Both the position numbers and the translations under genes were made by a program. The notes below the pieces were generated by a model. It was given only the letters and a program-made list of their open reading frames with translations. It did not search any database and was not told where the DNA came from. Below are positions 46,319 to 57,771 of a DNA stretch of 64,000 nucleotides, in pieces (within the stretch, counting starts at the first letter, position 1; every line of letters begins with the position of its first letter). Origin of the DNA: a virus; IMG/VR virus record IMGVR_UViG_3300042544_000912, positions 1-64,000 of that record. The stretch is one strand, 5' to 3'.

Positions 46319-49300
46319 ATGTCGGATTTTAAAAATTCTCTGGCATATTTGATTGCAAATCAAGTTCCAGATTATGTCAGAACCGAATTTCCTCAGTTCG
46401 TTCTTTTTCTAGAAAAATACTATGAGTTTCTAGATCAGGACGGAGAGGTTAATAATGTCCTATTGAATGCTGCTTCGTTTTCTGATATCAATAATACACT
46501 AGATGCGTTTCTACCGTCTTTTCGAGAACAATATCTCCAGATGTTTCCACAAGATTCTCTGGTTGATGATCGCCGTCTTATAAAATTTATCAGAGAGTTT
46601 TATGAAGCAAAGGGTTCGGAAGAAAGTATCCACTTTATTTTCAGAACATTCTTTGATGAACATGTTGAGATTATTTATCCTTCTGAATATATTCTGAAAG
46701 CATCGGACGGCGTATGGAAAGAAAGTCAGAAACTTAGAATTACCACCGACGATACGATAACTCTTGACCCCTTCACTCTTCAAGGTAAGAGAGCTACGAT
46801 CTATGCCCATAAAAATATCGGCAATATTGCTACATATGACTATCATAGCATAACGGTAGAAACTGTTACTCGCCTCGGTTATGCTATCCAACCGACATAT
46901 GAACTTTATGTGAAGCACGAAGAAAATGACTACATTCTTCTTCCAGGTGCAGGCGCAAGCGCAAGATTGCTAGTGGAAGATGGAGAAATTCTGGCAGTTA
47001 CTGGCGATCCTGCTACTCATGCCAGAGACTTCAATACCGATACAGATTTCAGCTATGACTATGCATGGATCAATATTCCATCTCACGGCTTTACGACCGG
47101 GGATTGTGTCATATATGATCCGATGGGTGGTGAAGTAATTGGTGGAACAGTAGCATATAGACAATATTACGTTAAGGTAATTGATGTAAATTACATCCGA
47201 TTATATCGTGATAAAATTGCATTGAGTCAACCAACATCAAAGAAATTTATTACTAGCAATAGTGTTGATATTACATATAATAAAATTACTATAGCGAACC
47301 ATGGTTATATCACCGGTGACATGATAATCTATTATGCCGATGCTACTGCCATTGGCGGACTACAGAACGGCAAAGTATATTATGTAATTAAAATAGATGC
47401 AAACACTATCAAACTGGCTGAAAGTTTGATTGATTCGGATCCTAGATATTGTTCGGAAGACTTCTTCGCGGCAGACTATGTTACTATTACTTCATACAGC
47501 GAGGTTAATTTAACTTCCCAGGGTGAGGGTAACTATCACGTTCTTTCAAAAGAATACTTTATCAATTTTACAGAGCCTGATACTGCCAGTGATCAAAGAA
47601 TCATCGATGCTATGGATGCAACAGGTAGTGGCTACAATGCTCTACCGGAAGTAGTATTCATTTCGGATGGAGATGGAATTGGTGCAACAGCAACTGCCCA
47701 TCTAAATGATAGTGGTGGGATTGAATACGTATCAATTGATTCTGGTGGCACAGGCTACGATGATACATCAACTGTAGTAGAATTCAATACCAATAATGTT
47801 CGTTCATTCCTGTTCATAGATGAATTGGCAAACAAGTATGGTTATGTAAGCCGCAGCATTACGGATACAGTGACCATACTGAGCCACACAGGAACTCCAA
47901 ATTACGGTTTCAAAGCAGCCGAAATTTATAGTATTACAGAAGCGGGTTCGGCAGGACAATTTGTCTACACATATCCGGATACCAGCTTAAATTATTTTGC
48001 CGGTGATTATGTAAAAATTGGCATAGATAACAATGCAAGTGTTATTATCGATGCTGTTGATACCAATGGCCTACCTACTAAAGTTAGAATTTTCTCATCT
48101 GGCGGTGGGTTTGAGGCCGAAACGTTTACTGCTACAATTACTTCCAAGACCGGTGCTGGCACAGTAACTCTAGGATTTACTACTGGCGCGATAACGTCAA
48201 TTCAAGATGGATATCAGAACCGCCAGGGCATGTTATCCGATATTAATAGGCTACAAGATAATTATTATTATCAAAACTATTCATATGTTCTACGTTCGAG
48301 AGTGCCGTCATCCAACTGGATGACAATGATAAAAAATACCGTGCATCCTGTCGGTATGGCTGTATTCAGCGAACTTCTAATTATGGATACGCTTGACATT
48401 GGCGTTTCATTCGAAGTATCACAACAACCGATTGATTTCTACGAATTCTTCGATGAAACCATCACCATGACTGATACTACATTTGCAGTAACATTCACTA
48501 AAGTCCTTTCAGATTCAATCTCCGCACCTACTGATACTAAGGTAATTACGTTCCGTAAGGTTCTATCTGATTCTATTACTGCGCCTACTGATACTAAGGT
48601 AATTACGTTCGGTAAGGTTCTATCCGATTCCATTGTTGCACCAACAGATACCAAGGCTGTCACGTTTAGTAAGGTACTATCCGATTCTGTTACCATAACA
48701 GAATCGTTATTGATCGGTCAGGAAAGAGATTTTGATGACACATCAACTCCAACGGATTCTAAAGCTATCTCGTTTGGTAAAACTCTATCGGATTCCATTA
48801 CTGCACCAACCGACGCGGCTCTAATTTCATTTGGTAAAAGCGTATCGGATTCCATTACCGCACCAACAGACGCCATCAATTCATTCGTTGTCGGTAAAGT
48901 ATTAACCGACGCAATAACTCCGGTCGAGGCCGCAACAGTGACGTTCGGTAAAACTCTATCGGATTCTATTACTGCACCAACGGATGCCGCGGCAGTCACT
49001 TTCGGTAAAACTCTATCGGATTCCATTACCGCACCAACAGACGCCATCAATTCATTCGTTGTCGGTAAAAATGTATCGGATTCCATTACCGCACCAACAG
49101 ACGCCATCAATTCATTCGTTGTCGGTAAAAATGTATCGGATTCCATTACCGCACCAACCGATGCTGCGGCAATCACATTTGGTAAAACGCTATCCGACTC
49201 AATCAATAGTCCGACAGATGCTGCCGCAGTAACCGTAGGTAAAACACTATCGGATTCTATTACTGCACCGACAGATGCTATTACCTCATTTAATGTTGGT

Positions 49301-49546
49301 AAAACTCTATCGGATTCTATTACTACACCTACAGATGCTGCCGCAGTAACAGTGGGTAAAACGCTATCGGATTCTACCACACCTGCCACTGAAACATCTA
49401 CTATAAATATAGGTAAGGTGTTAAGTGATTCTATAACAAGCCCACTTGATGCAGGTAGTATAAATATACAAAACTACTGGGCTTACAACTATACATCAGG
49501 CCAAGATGGCATCGGCGATTATGTCGGAACTGATTACACATTTTAA
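46319..49546 (+). CDS. baseplate wedge initiator gp7-like with C-terminal tandem repeats
   Basis: FLEKYYEFL, FYEAKGSEES..FF, LQDNYYYQNYSYVLRS, VHPVGMAVF; two HG(F/Y).TGD domains. Confidence 0.75.
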   Translation: MSDFKNSLAYLIANQVPDYVRTEFPQFVLFLEKYYEFLDQDGEVNNVLLNAASFSDINNTLDAFLPSFREQYLQMFPQDSLVDDRRLIKFIREFYEAKGSEESIHFIFRTFFDEHVEIIYPSEYILKASDGVWKESQKLRITTDDTITLDPFTLQGKRATIYAHKNIGNIATYDYHSITVETVTRLGYAIQPTYELYVKHEENDYILLPGAGASARLLVEDGEILAVTGDPATHARDFNTDTDFSYDYAWINIPSHGFTTGDCVIYDPMGGEVIGGTVAYRQYYVKVIDVNYIRLYRDKIALSQPTSKKFITSNSVDITYNKITIANHGYITGDMIIYYADATAIGGLQNGKVYYVIKIDANTIKLAESLIDSDPRYCSEDFFAADYVTITSYSEVNLTSQGEGNYHVLSKEYFINFTEPDTASDQRIIDAMDATGSGYNALPEVVFISDGDGIGATATAHLNDSGGIEYVSIDSGGTGYDDTSTVVEFNTNNVRSFLFIDELANKYGYVSRSITDTVTILSHTGTPNYGFKAAEIYSITEAGSAGQFVYTYPDTSLNYFAGDYVKIGIDNNASVIIDAVDTNGLPTKVRIFSSGGGFEAETFTATITSKTGAGTVTLGFTTGAITSIQDGYQNRQGMLSDINRLQDNYYYQNYSYVLRSRVPSSNWMTMIKNTVHPVGMAVFSELLIMDTLDIGVSFEVSQQPIDFYEFFDETITMTDTTFAVTFTKVLSDSISAPTDTKVITFRKVLSDSITAPTDTKVITFGKVLSDSIVAPTDTKAVTFSKVLSDSVTITESLLIGQERDFDDTSTPTDSKAISFGKTLSDSITAPTDAALISFGKSVSDSITAPTDAINSFVVGKVLTDAITPVEAATVTFGKTLSDSITAPTDAAAVTFGKTLSDSITAPTDAINSFVVGKNVSDSITAPTDAINSFVVGKNVSDSITAPTDAAAITFGKTLSDSINSPTDAAAVTVGKTLSDSITAPTDAITSFNVGKTLSDSITTPTDAAAVTVGKTLSDSTTPATETSTINIGKVLSDSITSPLDAGSINIQNYWAYNYTSGQDGIGDYVGTDYTF
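48490..49450 (+). repeat. 16 (plus 1 degenerate) 18-20-aa repeats (F/V)GKTLSDSITAPTDA; exact 60-bp tandem duplication at 49021-49140
   Basis: K-x-(L/V)-(S/T)-D counted 16 times in the translation; sequence lines 49021 and 49081 are identical. Confidence 0.9.
49459..49466 (+). promoter_or_regulatory. T4-type late promoter (internal to gp7)
   Basis: TATAAATA about 100 nt before the 49570 gene. Confidence 0.5.
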
Positions 49547-49569
49547 TTTTTAAACCAAGGAGTATCAAA

Positions 49570-50025
49570 ATGCAAAACGAAGAATTTCTAAAGATGACAG
49601 GTAAGCTGGATATCGTTGTTTACGATGCCGATGGCAATGTCAAGGAACAACGCGAAGTTCCAAATATCGTAACAACCGCTGGTAAGACCTTCATTGCTGC
49701 ACGTATTGCCGGCACTTCGGCTGCAGTTATGGGCTGGATGGAAGTTGGTACAGGATCTACTGCGGCTGCAGTCGGCGACACCGCTCTAGGAGCAGTTGTT
49801 GCTAGTTCGAGAACAGCAACCTCGGTTTCTGGTGGCACACCATCGTCAAACACTGTAGTTTATGCTACAACATTCCCAGCTGGCACTGGTACTGGCGCTC
49901 TTACCGAAGCAGGTGTTTTCAATGCTTCTTCATCGGGTACAATGCTTTGCCGCACTGTTTTCTCGGTTATCAACAAGGGCGCATCTGACAGCATGACCAT
50001 CACATGGACTGTGACTATCAACTAA
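49570..50025 (+). CDS. virion structural protein (tail-collar/fibre-attachment-like)
   Basis: NIVTTAGK, VGTGSTAA, LTEAGVFNA, TITWTVTI; motif set typical of phage fibre/collar proteins. Confidence 0.6.
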   Translation: MQNEEFLKMTGKLDIVVYDADGNVKEQREVPNIVTTAGKTFIAARIAGTSAAVMGWMEVGTGSTAAAVGDTALGAVVASSRTATSVSGGTPSSNTVVYATTFPAGTGTGALTEAGVFNASSSGTMLCRTVFSVINKGASDSMTITWTVTIN

Positions 50026-50034
50026 GGATAGAGC

Positions 50035-51600
50035 GTGGCTTTATTACTAAGAACATTAGCACGAAACGAACTTGCCCGAGGGTTCTATCGTGATGTTGTA
50101 AACGAGAACGATTTTTTCTATTTGTTCGTGGGTAAAACCACAGACTGGCCAGGGGACGGTAGCGCAGAAACTCCTCTTGATACCGAATCGTATAATGGTC
50201 AGACACATAGAAACATAATGTTCGTTAAACGCATTCAATCGTCCGACGTGGTCATGATGATCCGTCGGATCGATTGGACTGCGGGCACGGTATATGATCA
50301 TTATGATGACATGGATAATCTCTCAACAAAAGATTTTTATGTCCTTACCAAGGACATGAGAGTGTATAAGTGCCTAAACAACAACAATGATTCTCCTAGT
50401 TTTAATATGCCAACTAGCACAGATACTACAAATGCATTCATTCTTCCTGACGGGTATGTTTGGAAGTATATGTTTAAGGTAGAAGCATCAGATGAATTGA
50501 AATATCTGTCCGCAGATTATATTCCAGTTCGTAAGATGGCAGGAGTAGGTGTTCCGTTATACGACATCAATGGTGAGATAGATTCTATTACAGTAGATGA
50601 TGGCGGTTCTGGGTATGACCCGGAAAATGTTCCCACTGTTCTTGTTCGTGGCGACGGCGAAGGTGCAACGGCAGAAGCTGTTGTAGATGAAGAAACCAAT
50701 GAAATAACAGAAATCGATGTTGTTACTCAGGGGTATGGATATTCGTTTGCCTATATAGAAATTCTCGATAATGAAACTGGTACGGGTGCCGCAGCTACTG
50801 CAAATCTTGGTAGTATTCCAGTATCGCTTGTTCAGGAATCTATTGAGGCGGCGGCAGTTCCAGGAACGGTTGATCGCATCACACTGGATGAAGTAGGCAA
50901 CAACTATTCATCGGGTGACGTTTTAGTTACCATCATGGGAGATGGTACTGGTGCCGAAGCGGTTGCGTTTGTCGATGAAAATAGTAGACTTGAACGTGTA
51001 GACGTTACAAATCCGGGAACTGGCTATACTTTTGCGGAAGTCTCTTTCAATAACATTCTTGGTATTGGTTCGGGGGCAACTGCAACGGCAGTAGTATCTC
51101 CATACTATGGCCATGGTGCTAATCCAGTCAAAGAACTTCTTGCGAAGACGGTTTGTATTTCGGTAAACTTGACCAATGACACAAGCGACTATTTCTATAA
51201 CAACGATTATCGTCAATTAGGAATTATAAAAAATCCATTGAATTCTGATTTCGTTAATTTTATGGGTGATACCGGGACAACATGTTATGTGATTGAAGTA
51301 GATGATACTTCTTTATATTCCAATGATGATGAAATTTGGTCAGATAACGGAGGAAGATTTATTGTTGCTCAAATTAAGGCGGAAACAAATCTCGTATATC
51401 TTCTTCCTGTAATTCCCGTCATCACTTCTTCTTCAACATTAACAAATAATACTACTAGCGTTACTGGATTGACTATAAATAGTCTAACTATACCAGATGT
51501 TATTAATACTACCGGCGAAATTCTTTATATTGATAATCGCCTACCTATTAATAGACAAGCTGATCAGGTAGAAAAGATTAGAACAGTTATTAACTTTTAA
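50035..51600 (+). CDS. gp8: baseplate wedge gp8-like
   Basis: YLFVGKTTDW, RRIDWTAGTVYDHY, VYKCLNNN, DGYVWKYMF, DYRQLGIIKNP, GEILYIDNR; GTG start. Confidence 0.88.
   Translation: MALLLRTLARNELARGFYRDVVNENDFFYLFVGKTTDWPGDGSAETPLDTESYNGQTHRNIMFVKRIQSSDVVMMIRRIDWTAGTVYDHYDDMDNLSTKDFYVLTKDMRVYKCLNNNNDSPSFNMPTSTDTTNAFILPDGYVWKYMFKVEASDELKYLSADYIPVRKMAGVGVPLYDINGEIDSITVDDGGSGYDPENVPTVLVRGDGEGATAEAVVDEETNEITEIDVVTQGYGYSFAYIEILDNETGTGAAATANLGSIPVSLVQESIEAAAVPGTVDRITLDEVGNNYSSGDVLVTIMGDGTGAEAVAFVDENSRLERVDVTNPGTGYTFAEVSFNNILGIGSGATATAVVSPYYGHGANPVKELLAKTVCISVNLTNDTSDYFYNNDYRQLGIIKNPLNSDFVNFMGDTGTTCYVIEVDDTSLYSNDDEIWSDNGGRFIVAQIKAETNLVYLLPVIPVITSSSTLTNNTTSVTGLTINSLTIPDVINTTGEILYIDNRLPINRQADQVEKIRTVINF
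51474..51481 (+). promoter_or_regulatory. T4-type late promoter (internal to gp8)
   Basis: TATAAATA about 135 nt before the 1973-aa gene. Confidence 0.5.
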
Positions 51601-51614
51601 GAGAGAAGTTACAC

Positions 51615-54600
51615 ATGGCCTTGGACTTAAATGTATCACCGTATTATGATGATGCTGCGGCAGCGATTGCAAACAATTACAATAGAATTCTGTTCAAGCC
51701 AGGTTATGCTGTTCAGGCAAGAGAACTAACGCAACTTCAATCTATTCTTCAAGATCAGGTTGGAAAATTTGGTAACCATGTTTTTAAAAATGGTTCTGTA
51801 GTTGCAGGTTGCGAGTTCAAACTTGACACTGCACGAGATTTCATCAAAGTTCTTGATGAGAATACTTCTGGAAGTTTAATCGAAAATATTGAAGATTATA
51901 TTGGTGCCAAGGTAATCGGTCTAACATCATCCATTCAAGCAGAAATTGTTCATGCGATTTCAGGCTCCGAAGCCGACTCGCCTAATCTCAATACACTTTA
52001 TTTAAGATATCTTACCGGTGATGGTTCCACTGACGCGGTTCACTTTTCTCCCAGCGAAACAATTCGAGTAATAGAATCTGAAACTGGAGATCAAATTGGC
52101 GATACCTTTGTAGTAGATAACACCTTCGAAGAGGGCAATTATTATTATGGTAGAGGGTCATTCATAACTCTAGATAATGGTATTATTTTTCTAGATGGTA
52201 AGTTTCTTCCTTTTACTAAAACTACTCTCGAACTACTAAAATATAATGCGTATCCGTATTTTAGAATTGGGTTTGAGATTGTAGAAAGTATCGTCACACA
52301 CGAAACTGACCCAGATCTTTTGGATCCTGCACAAGGCACATTCAACTATGCGGCACCTGGCGCCGACAGATATGTGACTACCGCGTCTCTGGTCAAATAT
52401 GCACTGGATGCCACACCCTCAGATGACTTCTCAGAGTATTTGACGATTGTTGGTGGTAAGTTACAAAATGTTGTAAGCGAAGATCGCATTTATGCCGACC
52501 TCGGTCGCAATCTTGCAAAGCGCACTTTCGATGAATCCGGTAACTATACCGTAAAAGCGTTTCCTATTTTAATCAAGGAACATCTCGACACCGGAACTAA
52601 CGGCGGTCTGATTGCATATGATGCAGAAAATCCCGCGGCGGGTGGCGATGAGACACTTCTCGCAATCGGTATTGAAGCTGGTAAAGCATATGTTCGTGGT
52701 TACGCATACGAAACCAGACAGACAGAATATATTGTTGTTCCGAAAGGTAATACAACAAAAGTCATAAACGAAGTTCCTATTTCTACTGCATTTGGTAGCT
52801 ATATTCTAGTTGACAACTTCTGCGGTAACTGGGATATTGCAGCGGGTGATACCGTATCTCTTCGTGGTACCGCAGCGAATGCAATTGGCACTTCTGGTTC
52901 TCCAACTGGCGGCGCACAATCTCTTGCTGGCCCACCCGGTTCACAAATCGGCACAGCTAGAGTTCGTCATATTGTCCATGAAACCGGCACACCTGGGGTA
53001 TATAACACCCAATATCGTATGTATCTCTACGATATTCAAATGGCATCTTCATATAACTTCGAAGATGTTAAGGGTGTTTACTATGATACTACCGCCGATG
53101 GCCACGCGAACGTTGTTCTTGTAGATAGTAAAGCATACCTATACGAGAGTAAGTTCAACAGCCTTCTTTTCAAGTTACCCGCAAGAGCATTGAAGACTAC
53201 AAATCCTGTTTCGGTTGACAATAGTTTTGTCTACAACAAACAGTTTGATGATACTATTGATAGCAGCAACACTATTACATTCTCGGTAAGTTCACCAGAG
53301 AGTTTTCCGTTTACAGTTGGAACACTGACTAATACAGAAATTCTTGATAATATTATTGTTACTACAAAAGCTGCCTGCACTATCAATAGTGTTGCATATG
53401 AGATCGGTTCAGTATTAGACCTTCGCTCTACCGCTGGCGTATCTGTGACCAATACTGGTTCGCAGATTACAATAGCTTTCCCAGGAGCAATTCTCGCTGC
53501 CACGAACATTCGCGTTCACTGTAAGGTACAAGTTGCTGGTGCAAATAAAGTAACCAAGGAACTTAAAGAAAGTGCGGTTGTTGTTCTGGATACAGAAGAT
53601 AGCGGTAATACTACTGGCACATATAATCTCGGTGCGTCCGACGGTTACAAACTTCGCTCGGTCAAGATTGGCGATTTCGATGAAGACGCGGCAGATATTC
53701 AGACAGGTGGAACAGATGTAACTGCACTGTTCAACTTCGATACTGGTCAACGTGACGGCTTCTACGCAAACGCTAGAATTGTTAAAAAACCAGGTGCAAG
53801 TCTTACGCTAACCGACAAAAAGTTGGTTGTGACATTTGACTACTTCACGCACGGTGGTTCTCCTTCTACGGTATACAACTTCTACACAGTTGATTCATAT
53901 CCGGTAGACGATGAAACTACCCCAGCCGGTAAAATTCGCACGGAAGAAATTCCAATTTACACCTCCACAACTTCTGGGGTCACATACGACCTTCGTGATA
54001 CATTGGACTTCCGTCCTCGTTGGGACGATACAATTACATTCACGACAAGTCCTGCCTCAGCACCAGTTAATCCTGCAGTAGGTTCTTCACCGAGCGGCCC
54101 CGCTGGAGGTGCTATCATAACACCTTTCCCGACAGAACAATTTACTACAGATATTGAATATTATCTGGGACGTAAAGACAGAATTGTCATGGATGATGAA
54201 GGCGTATTCTCATCCGTATATGGCGTCTCCTCACTATCTCCAATTGAACCGGTAGAGCCAGAGAATGCTTTGTCTATTGCGATTGTGGATATTCCTCCAT
54301 ATCCTTCACTGGCACCTAGTGTTGCTAAGTCTGTGGGTAGAACCGATTACGGGGTTAAGTATAAATCGATTGATAATCGTCGCTATACAATGCGCGATAT
54401 CGGTCAACTAGAACAGCGACTAAATCGTCTTGAATATTATACATCTCTAAATCTACTGGAAAAATCTGCCAGTGATTTGAGCATTACTGATACAAACGGT
54501 CTAGACCGTTTTAAGAATGGTATTCTCGTAGATGCCTTCACCGGGCATAACGTTGGTAATGTTTTAAGTAATGAATACCATATTGCTATCGATCCTGCCG

Positions 54601-57536
54601 CTAAAGAAATGCGTCCGTTCTTCTTCATGGAAAATGTGGACTTACAATACGATTCGACAAACTCGACTAATATTACAAAAACAGGCGATTTACTGACACT
54701 ACCGTATACAGAATTTACGATGATGAGTCAGTTACAAGCATCTAGGTTTCGTAATTGCACAGGCGAACTTCTGTTCACATATATTGGTGATATGGAACTT
54801 GATCCGCCTGTCGATAACTGGTCTGACACTACAACCCTTCCTGATATTTCTGCAAACTTTGACGGTAACTATGACGCATGGGAAACTCTTGCCGACGCAT
54901 GGGGTACCCAATGGGAAGATTGGCAAGATACCGGAACAGGTAGAGTTACAGCGAATACGCAGCGCGCCGCGGGTAACACCGCAATACGAGGCGATACTCT
55001 TTTCCAAGAAGATATTGCTATTGTAACGACTACAACAGAACAAAGACAAACTCGTCAGGGCGTCCAACTTACGGTAACACCGGAAACACAGACTCAAAGA
55101 ATAGGTCCTAGAGTAACAAATACTTCTATCATTCCGTTTATGCGTTCTATTATAGTAACGTTTAAAGCAACGAGAATGAAGCCACTTACTCGTGTATATC
55201 CATTCTTCGATGGCATTACTGTGGAAGAACATTGTCGCCCACTATCAGGTATTGTTAGTGGCACAACAAATTCTGTTCAAAACTCATCACTAGCAACGGG
55301 TGATTATGGTGATCCCTTAATCACAAATGCGGCAGGCGAATGTTTTGGTCAATTCAGAATTCCTGCTGGTACTTTCCGTGTAGGAGAAAAACTATTCAGA
55401 CTTGCAGATGATTCTAAAAATAGAGTTAAGTTTATTACTACATCTGCATCGATGGCATTCTCTGCAAATGGTTTATCACAAAGCGTCCAAGATACAGTAA
55501 TCTCGACGAGAGTTGCCAATGTGGCAGCCGTCAATCTTTCGGATAGCAGAACGGTTTCTGATAGCAATACGACGGTAAATCGTCTAGGCGAAAGAGCAGT
55601 AGGTGTCGTTCAAACAACAGTTGTGAACAATACATTCACTACAATTAATAATACGACAAATGTTACCGAAGTTACGCAAGTAACACAAGAAGTAAATAAT
55701 ACTTTTGTAACAGAAGTCACTAATAATATCACAAATGTTACCGAAGTTACTCAGGTAACTGCGCCAGATCCGGCGCCCGTTGTTCCACCCGCGGACTTGG
55801 ACTTGGACTTCGATCTTGGTTTCTTTTCAATCGGCCCATTCCAATCTATTGACCCTATCGCTCAGACGTTTATGGTTTCTGAGGTGCCGTTCGGTTGTTA
55901 TGTGACTTCGATAGATACCTACTTCAAGAAAAAATCTCTGACAAATCCTATTACACTACAACTGCGGGAAGTGGTAAATGGTTATCCAGGTAACAGAGTA
56001 ATTCCTTTTGGTGAAGTAACACTATTGCCAAGTCAGGTAAATGTTGATGCGGACAATGGCGAAGCGTCAACCAAGTTTACTTTCCCTTCACCGGTATATT
56101 TGCAAAACAATACCGAATATTGCTTTGTTCTTCTGCCAGCGGGCAACGACCCTAACTATGAGATTTGGGTTTCTGAATTGGGTGAAAATCAACTCAATAC
56201 AACAACACGCATCTCAGAACAGCCAAATGTTGGTGTCCTATTTACATCTGCGAACAACAGAACTTGGACAGCATGGCAAGCGGAAGATATTAAGTTTAAA
56301 TTACAGAGAGCAAACTTCAACATCGGTACAACCGGAACAGTTACACTGAATACACATGATATCGATTATGCGAAATTTGATTCCTTCTCGGAAGGTGCAT
56401 TTACTTCCGGTGATAAAATTCATGGCTTCTCGTTTGACATCGTTAACGCGGGTACTGGTTATACACCGACAAACGGTACGGTCAGCCACGCACTGAGTGG
56501 TGGAATAAGCACGGGCGGAACGAATGCTACGGTTGCAGTCACTTTTTCCGGTGGCGCAGTAAGTAATGTGGTGGTGACAAACCCAGGTTCTGGTTATGTA
56601 AGCAATCCTACTCTGACTATTACTGGTGGTGGTTCAAATGCAAATATTAGCGTGACCCTCAATTCCGGTTTTGCCCATTCGTATGATTCCTTATACAACG
56701 TTGCTAAGGTTTATGTTGAAAGTGGAAACTTTACTGTAAACGACCGAGTGGGTAATGGAACTTCTCATGCTCTAATAGCAGAACTTGAAGACAAAGTGTT
56801 GAATGCATTAGGTGCCAATGTTGGATACATGGATCATACTCCATGTCAACTAATTTGGGCATATTCTGCAACGACAAATACTGGTTCCGAGACACAAGCA
56901 TCGTCATCATATGAGAATTTTGTGCCGGATAAAACAACGGAACTGACAATCGATGCCGCCATTCGTTCATATTCAAATGAGCAAAATGATCTTGGTGGAG
57001 ATAAGTCATTTAAAATTCAACTTGGCATGACATCACAAACATCTACTGTTTCGCCGGTTATCGACCTTAGAAAATGTTCTATGATTGCAATCGCAAATGA
57101 CGTTAATAATGATGCGACCGACGAAGATATTGGTATCGGTGAAGCAAGGTCCAAGTATGTTTCTCGTCAAGTTGTGCTTGATGATGGACAGGAAGCAGAA
57201 GACCTTAGAGTATATCTAAGTCAGTATGTTCCAAATGGCACGGACGTAAAGGTATATGGTAGATTCCTACATCAAAGCGATCCGGCGGCATTTGAAGAAA
57301 AAGATTGGATTGAGTTGACTACCACTCCACCAACAGTTACTTCATCTAGCTTCGTTGAATATACATATGATATTCCATCGACCGAATTGAATGGTGATGG
57401 CGTATTTGAGTATACTACAGACGGTGTAACTTACACGGGCTACAAAACTTTTGCGATTAAAGTAGTTCTTCTTTCGAGTAAAACTAGTGTTATTCCAAAA
57501 TGTCGCGAACTTCGCGCAATAGCTCTACAGGTATAA
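51615..57536 (+). CDS. large virion structural/tail fibre protein (VrlC-like, DUF4815-type)
   Basis: LNVSPYYDD, RILFKPGYAVQARELTQLQSILQDQ, APGADR, GKAYVRGY, DRFKNGILVDAF, DPIAQTF. Confidence 0.8.
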   Translation: MALDLNVSPYYDDAAAAIANNYNRILFKPGYAVQARELTQLQSILQDQVGKFGNHVFKNGSVVAGCEFKLDTARDFIKVLDENTSGSLIENIEDYIGAKVIGLTSSIQAEIVHAISGSEADSPNLNTLYLRYLTGDGSTDAVHFSPSETIRVIESETGDQIGDTFVVDNTFEEGNYYYGRGSFITLDNGIIFLDGKFLPFTKTTLELLKYNAYPYFRIGFEIVESIVTHETDPDLLDPAQGTFNYAAPGADRYVTTASLVKYALDATPSDDFSEYLTIVGGKLQNVVSEDRIYADLGRNLAKRTFDESGNYTVKAFPILIKEHLDTGTNGGLIAYDAENPAAGGDETLLAIGIEAGKAYVRGYAYETRQTEYIVVPKGNTTKVINEVPISTAFGSYILVDNFCGNWDIAAGDTVSLRGTAANAIGTSGSPTGGAQSLAGPPGSQIGTARVRHIVHETGTPGVYNTQYRMYLYDIQMASSYNFEDVKGVYYDTTADGHANVVLVDSKAYLYESKFNSLLFKLPARALKTTNPVSVDNSFVYNKQFDDTIDSSNTITFSVSSPESFPFTVGTLTNTEILDNIIVTTKAACTINSVAYEIGSVLDLRSTAGVSVTNTGSQITIAFPGAILAATNIRVHCKVQVAGANKVTKELKESAVVVLDTEDSGNTTGTYNLGASDGYKLRSVKIGDFDEDAADIQTGGTDVTALFNFDTGQRDGFYANARIVKKPGASLTLTDKKLVVTFDYFTHGGSPSTVYNFYTVDSYPVDDETTPAGKIRTEEIPIYTSTTSGVTYDLRDTLDFRPRWDDTITFTTSPASAPVNPAVGSSPSGPAGGAIITPFPTEQFTTDIEYYLGRKDRIVMDDEGVFSSVYGVSSLSPIEPVEPENALSIAIVDIPPYPSLAPSVAKSVGRTDYGVKYKSIDNRRYTMRDIGQLEQRLNRLEYYTSLNLLEKSASDLSITDTNGLDRFKNGILVDAFTGHNVGNVLSNEYHIAIDPAAKEMRPFFFMENVDLQYDSTNSTNITKTGDLLTLPYTEFTMMSQLQASRFRNCTGELLFTYIGDMELDPPVDNWSDTTTLPDISANFDGNYDAWETLADAWGTQWEDWQDTGTGRVTANTQRAAGNTAIRGDTLFQEDIAIVTTTTEQRQTRQGVQLTVTPETQTQRIGPRVTNTSIIPFMRSIIVTFKATRMKPLTRVYPFFDGITVEEHCRPLSGIVSGTTNSVQNSSLATGDYGDPLITNAAGECFGQFRIPAGTFRVGEKLFRLADDSKNRVKFITTSASMAFSANGLSQSVQDTVISTRVANVAAVNLSDSRTVSDSNTTVNRLGERAVGVVQTTVVNNTFTTINNTTNVTEVTQVTQEVNNTFVTEVTNNITNVTEVTQVTAPDPAPVVPPADLDLDFDLGFFSIGPFQSIDPIAQTFMVSEVPFGCYVTSIDTYFKKKSLTNPITLQLREVVNGYPGNRVIPFGEVTLLPSQVNVDADNGEASTKFTFPSPVYLQNNTEYCFVLLPAGNDPNYEIWVSELGENQLNTTTRISEQPNVGVLFTSANNRTWTAWQAEDIKFKLQRANFNIGTTGTVTLNTHDIDYAKFDSFSEGAFTSGDKIHGFSFDIVNAGTGYTPTNGTVSHALSGGISTGGTNATVAVTFSGGAVSNVVVTNPGSGYVSNPTLTITGGGSNANISVTLNSGFAHSYDSLYNVAKVYVESGNFTVNDRVGNGTSHALIAELEDKVLNALGANVGYMDHTPCQLIWAYSATTNTGSETQASSSYENFVPDKTTELTIDAAIRSYSNEQNDLGGDKSFKIQLGMTSQTSTVSPVIDLRKCSMIAIANDVNNDATDEDIGIGEARSKYVSRQVVLDDGQEAEDLRVYLSQYVPNGTDVKVYGRFLHQSDPAAFEEKDWIELTTTPPTVTSSSFVEYTYDIPSTELNGDGVFEYTTDGVTYTGYKTFAIKVVLLSSKTSVIPKCRELRAIALQV

Positions 57537-57537
57537 T

Positions 57538-57771
57538 ATGTCTCAAAGATATCAGTTGGACGACACAACTAAATATGTTAGAGATGGCCATTCAAAAGCT
57601 ATTATTTCTACGGATGTTGCTGGATTGTCTGCATACAAAGCTAGAAAAAACAAACAAAGAGAACAAGCGCATCAACTTCGACAGTTTGAAAATGACATAA
57701 ATACTGTAAAAGAAGAGATGCAAGATATCAAATTGCTATTGCAGCAAATCTTACAGAACCAGGGTAGATAA
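57538..57771 (+). CDS. small coiled-coil protein
   Basis: KYVRDGHSKAIISTD then heptad pattern; commonly follows VrlC-like genes. Confidence 0.6.
   Translation: MSQRYQLDDTTKYVRDGHSKAIISTDVAGLSAYKARKNKQREQAHQLRQFENDINTVKEEMQDIKLLLQQILQNQGR

Noticed and set aside
49021-49140. 60-bp direct repeat as CRISPR or mobile-element end
   Set aside because: In-frame coding repeat within gp7, no spacers
48718-49389. 223-aa minus-strand ORF (and 48439-48696)
   Set aside because: Antisense shadow of the gp7 repeat region
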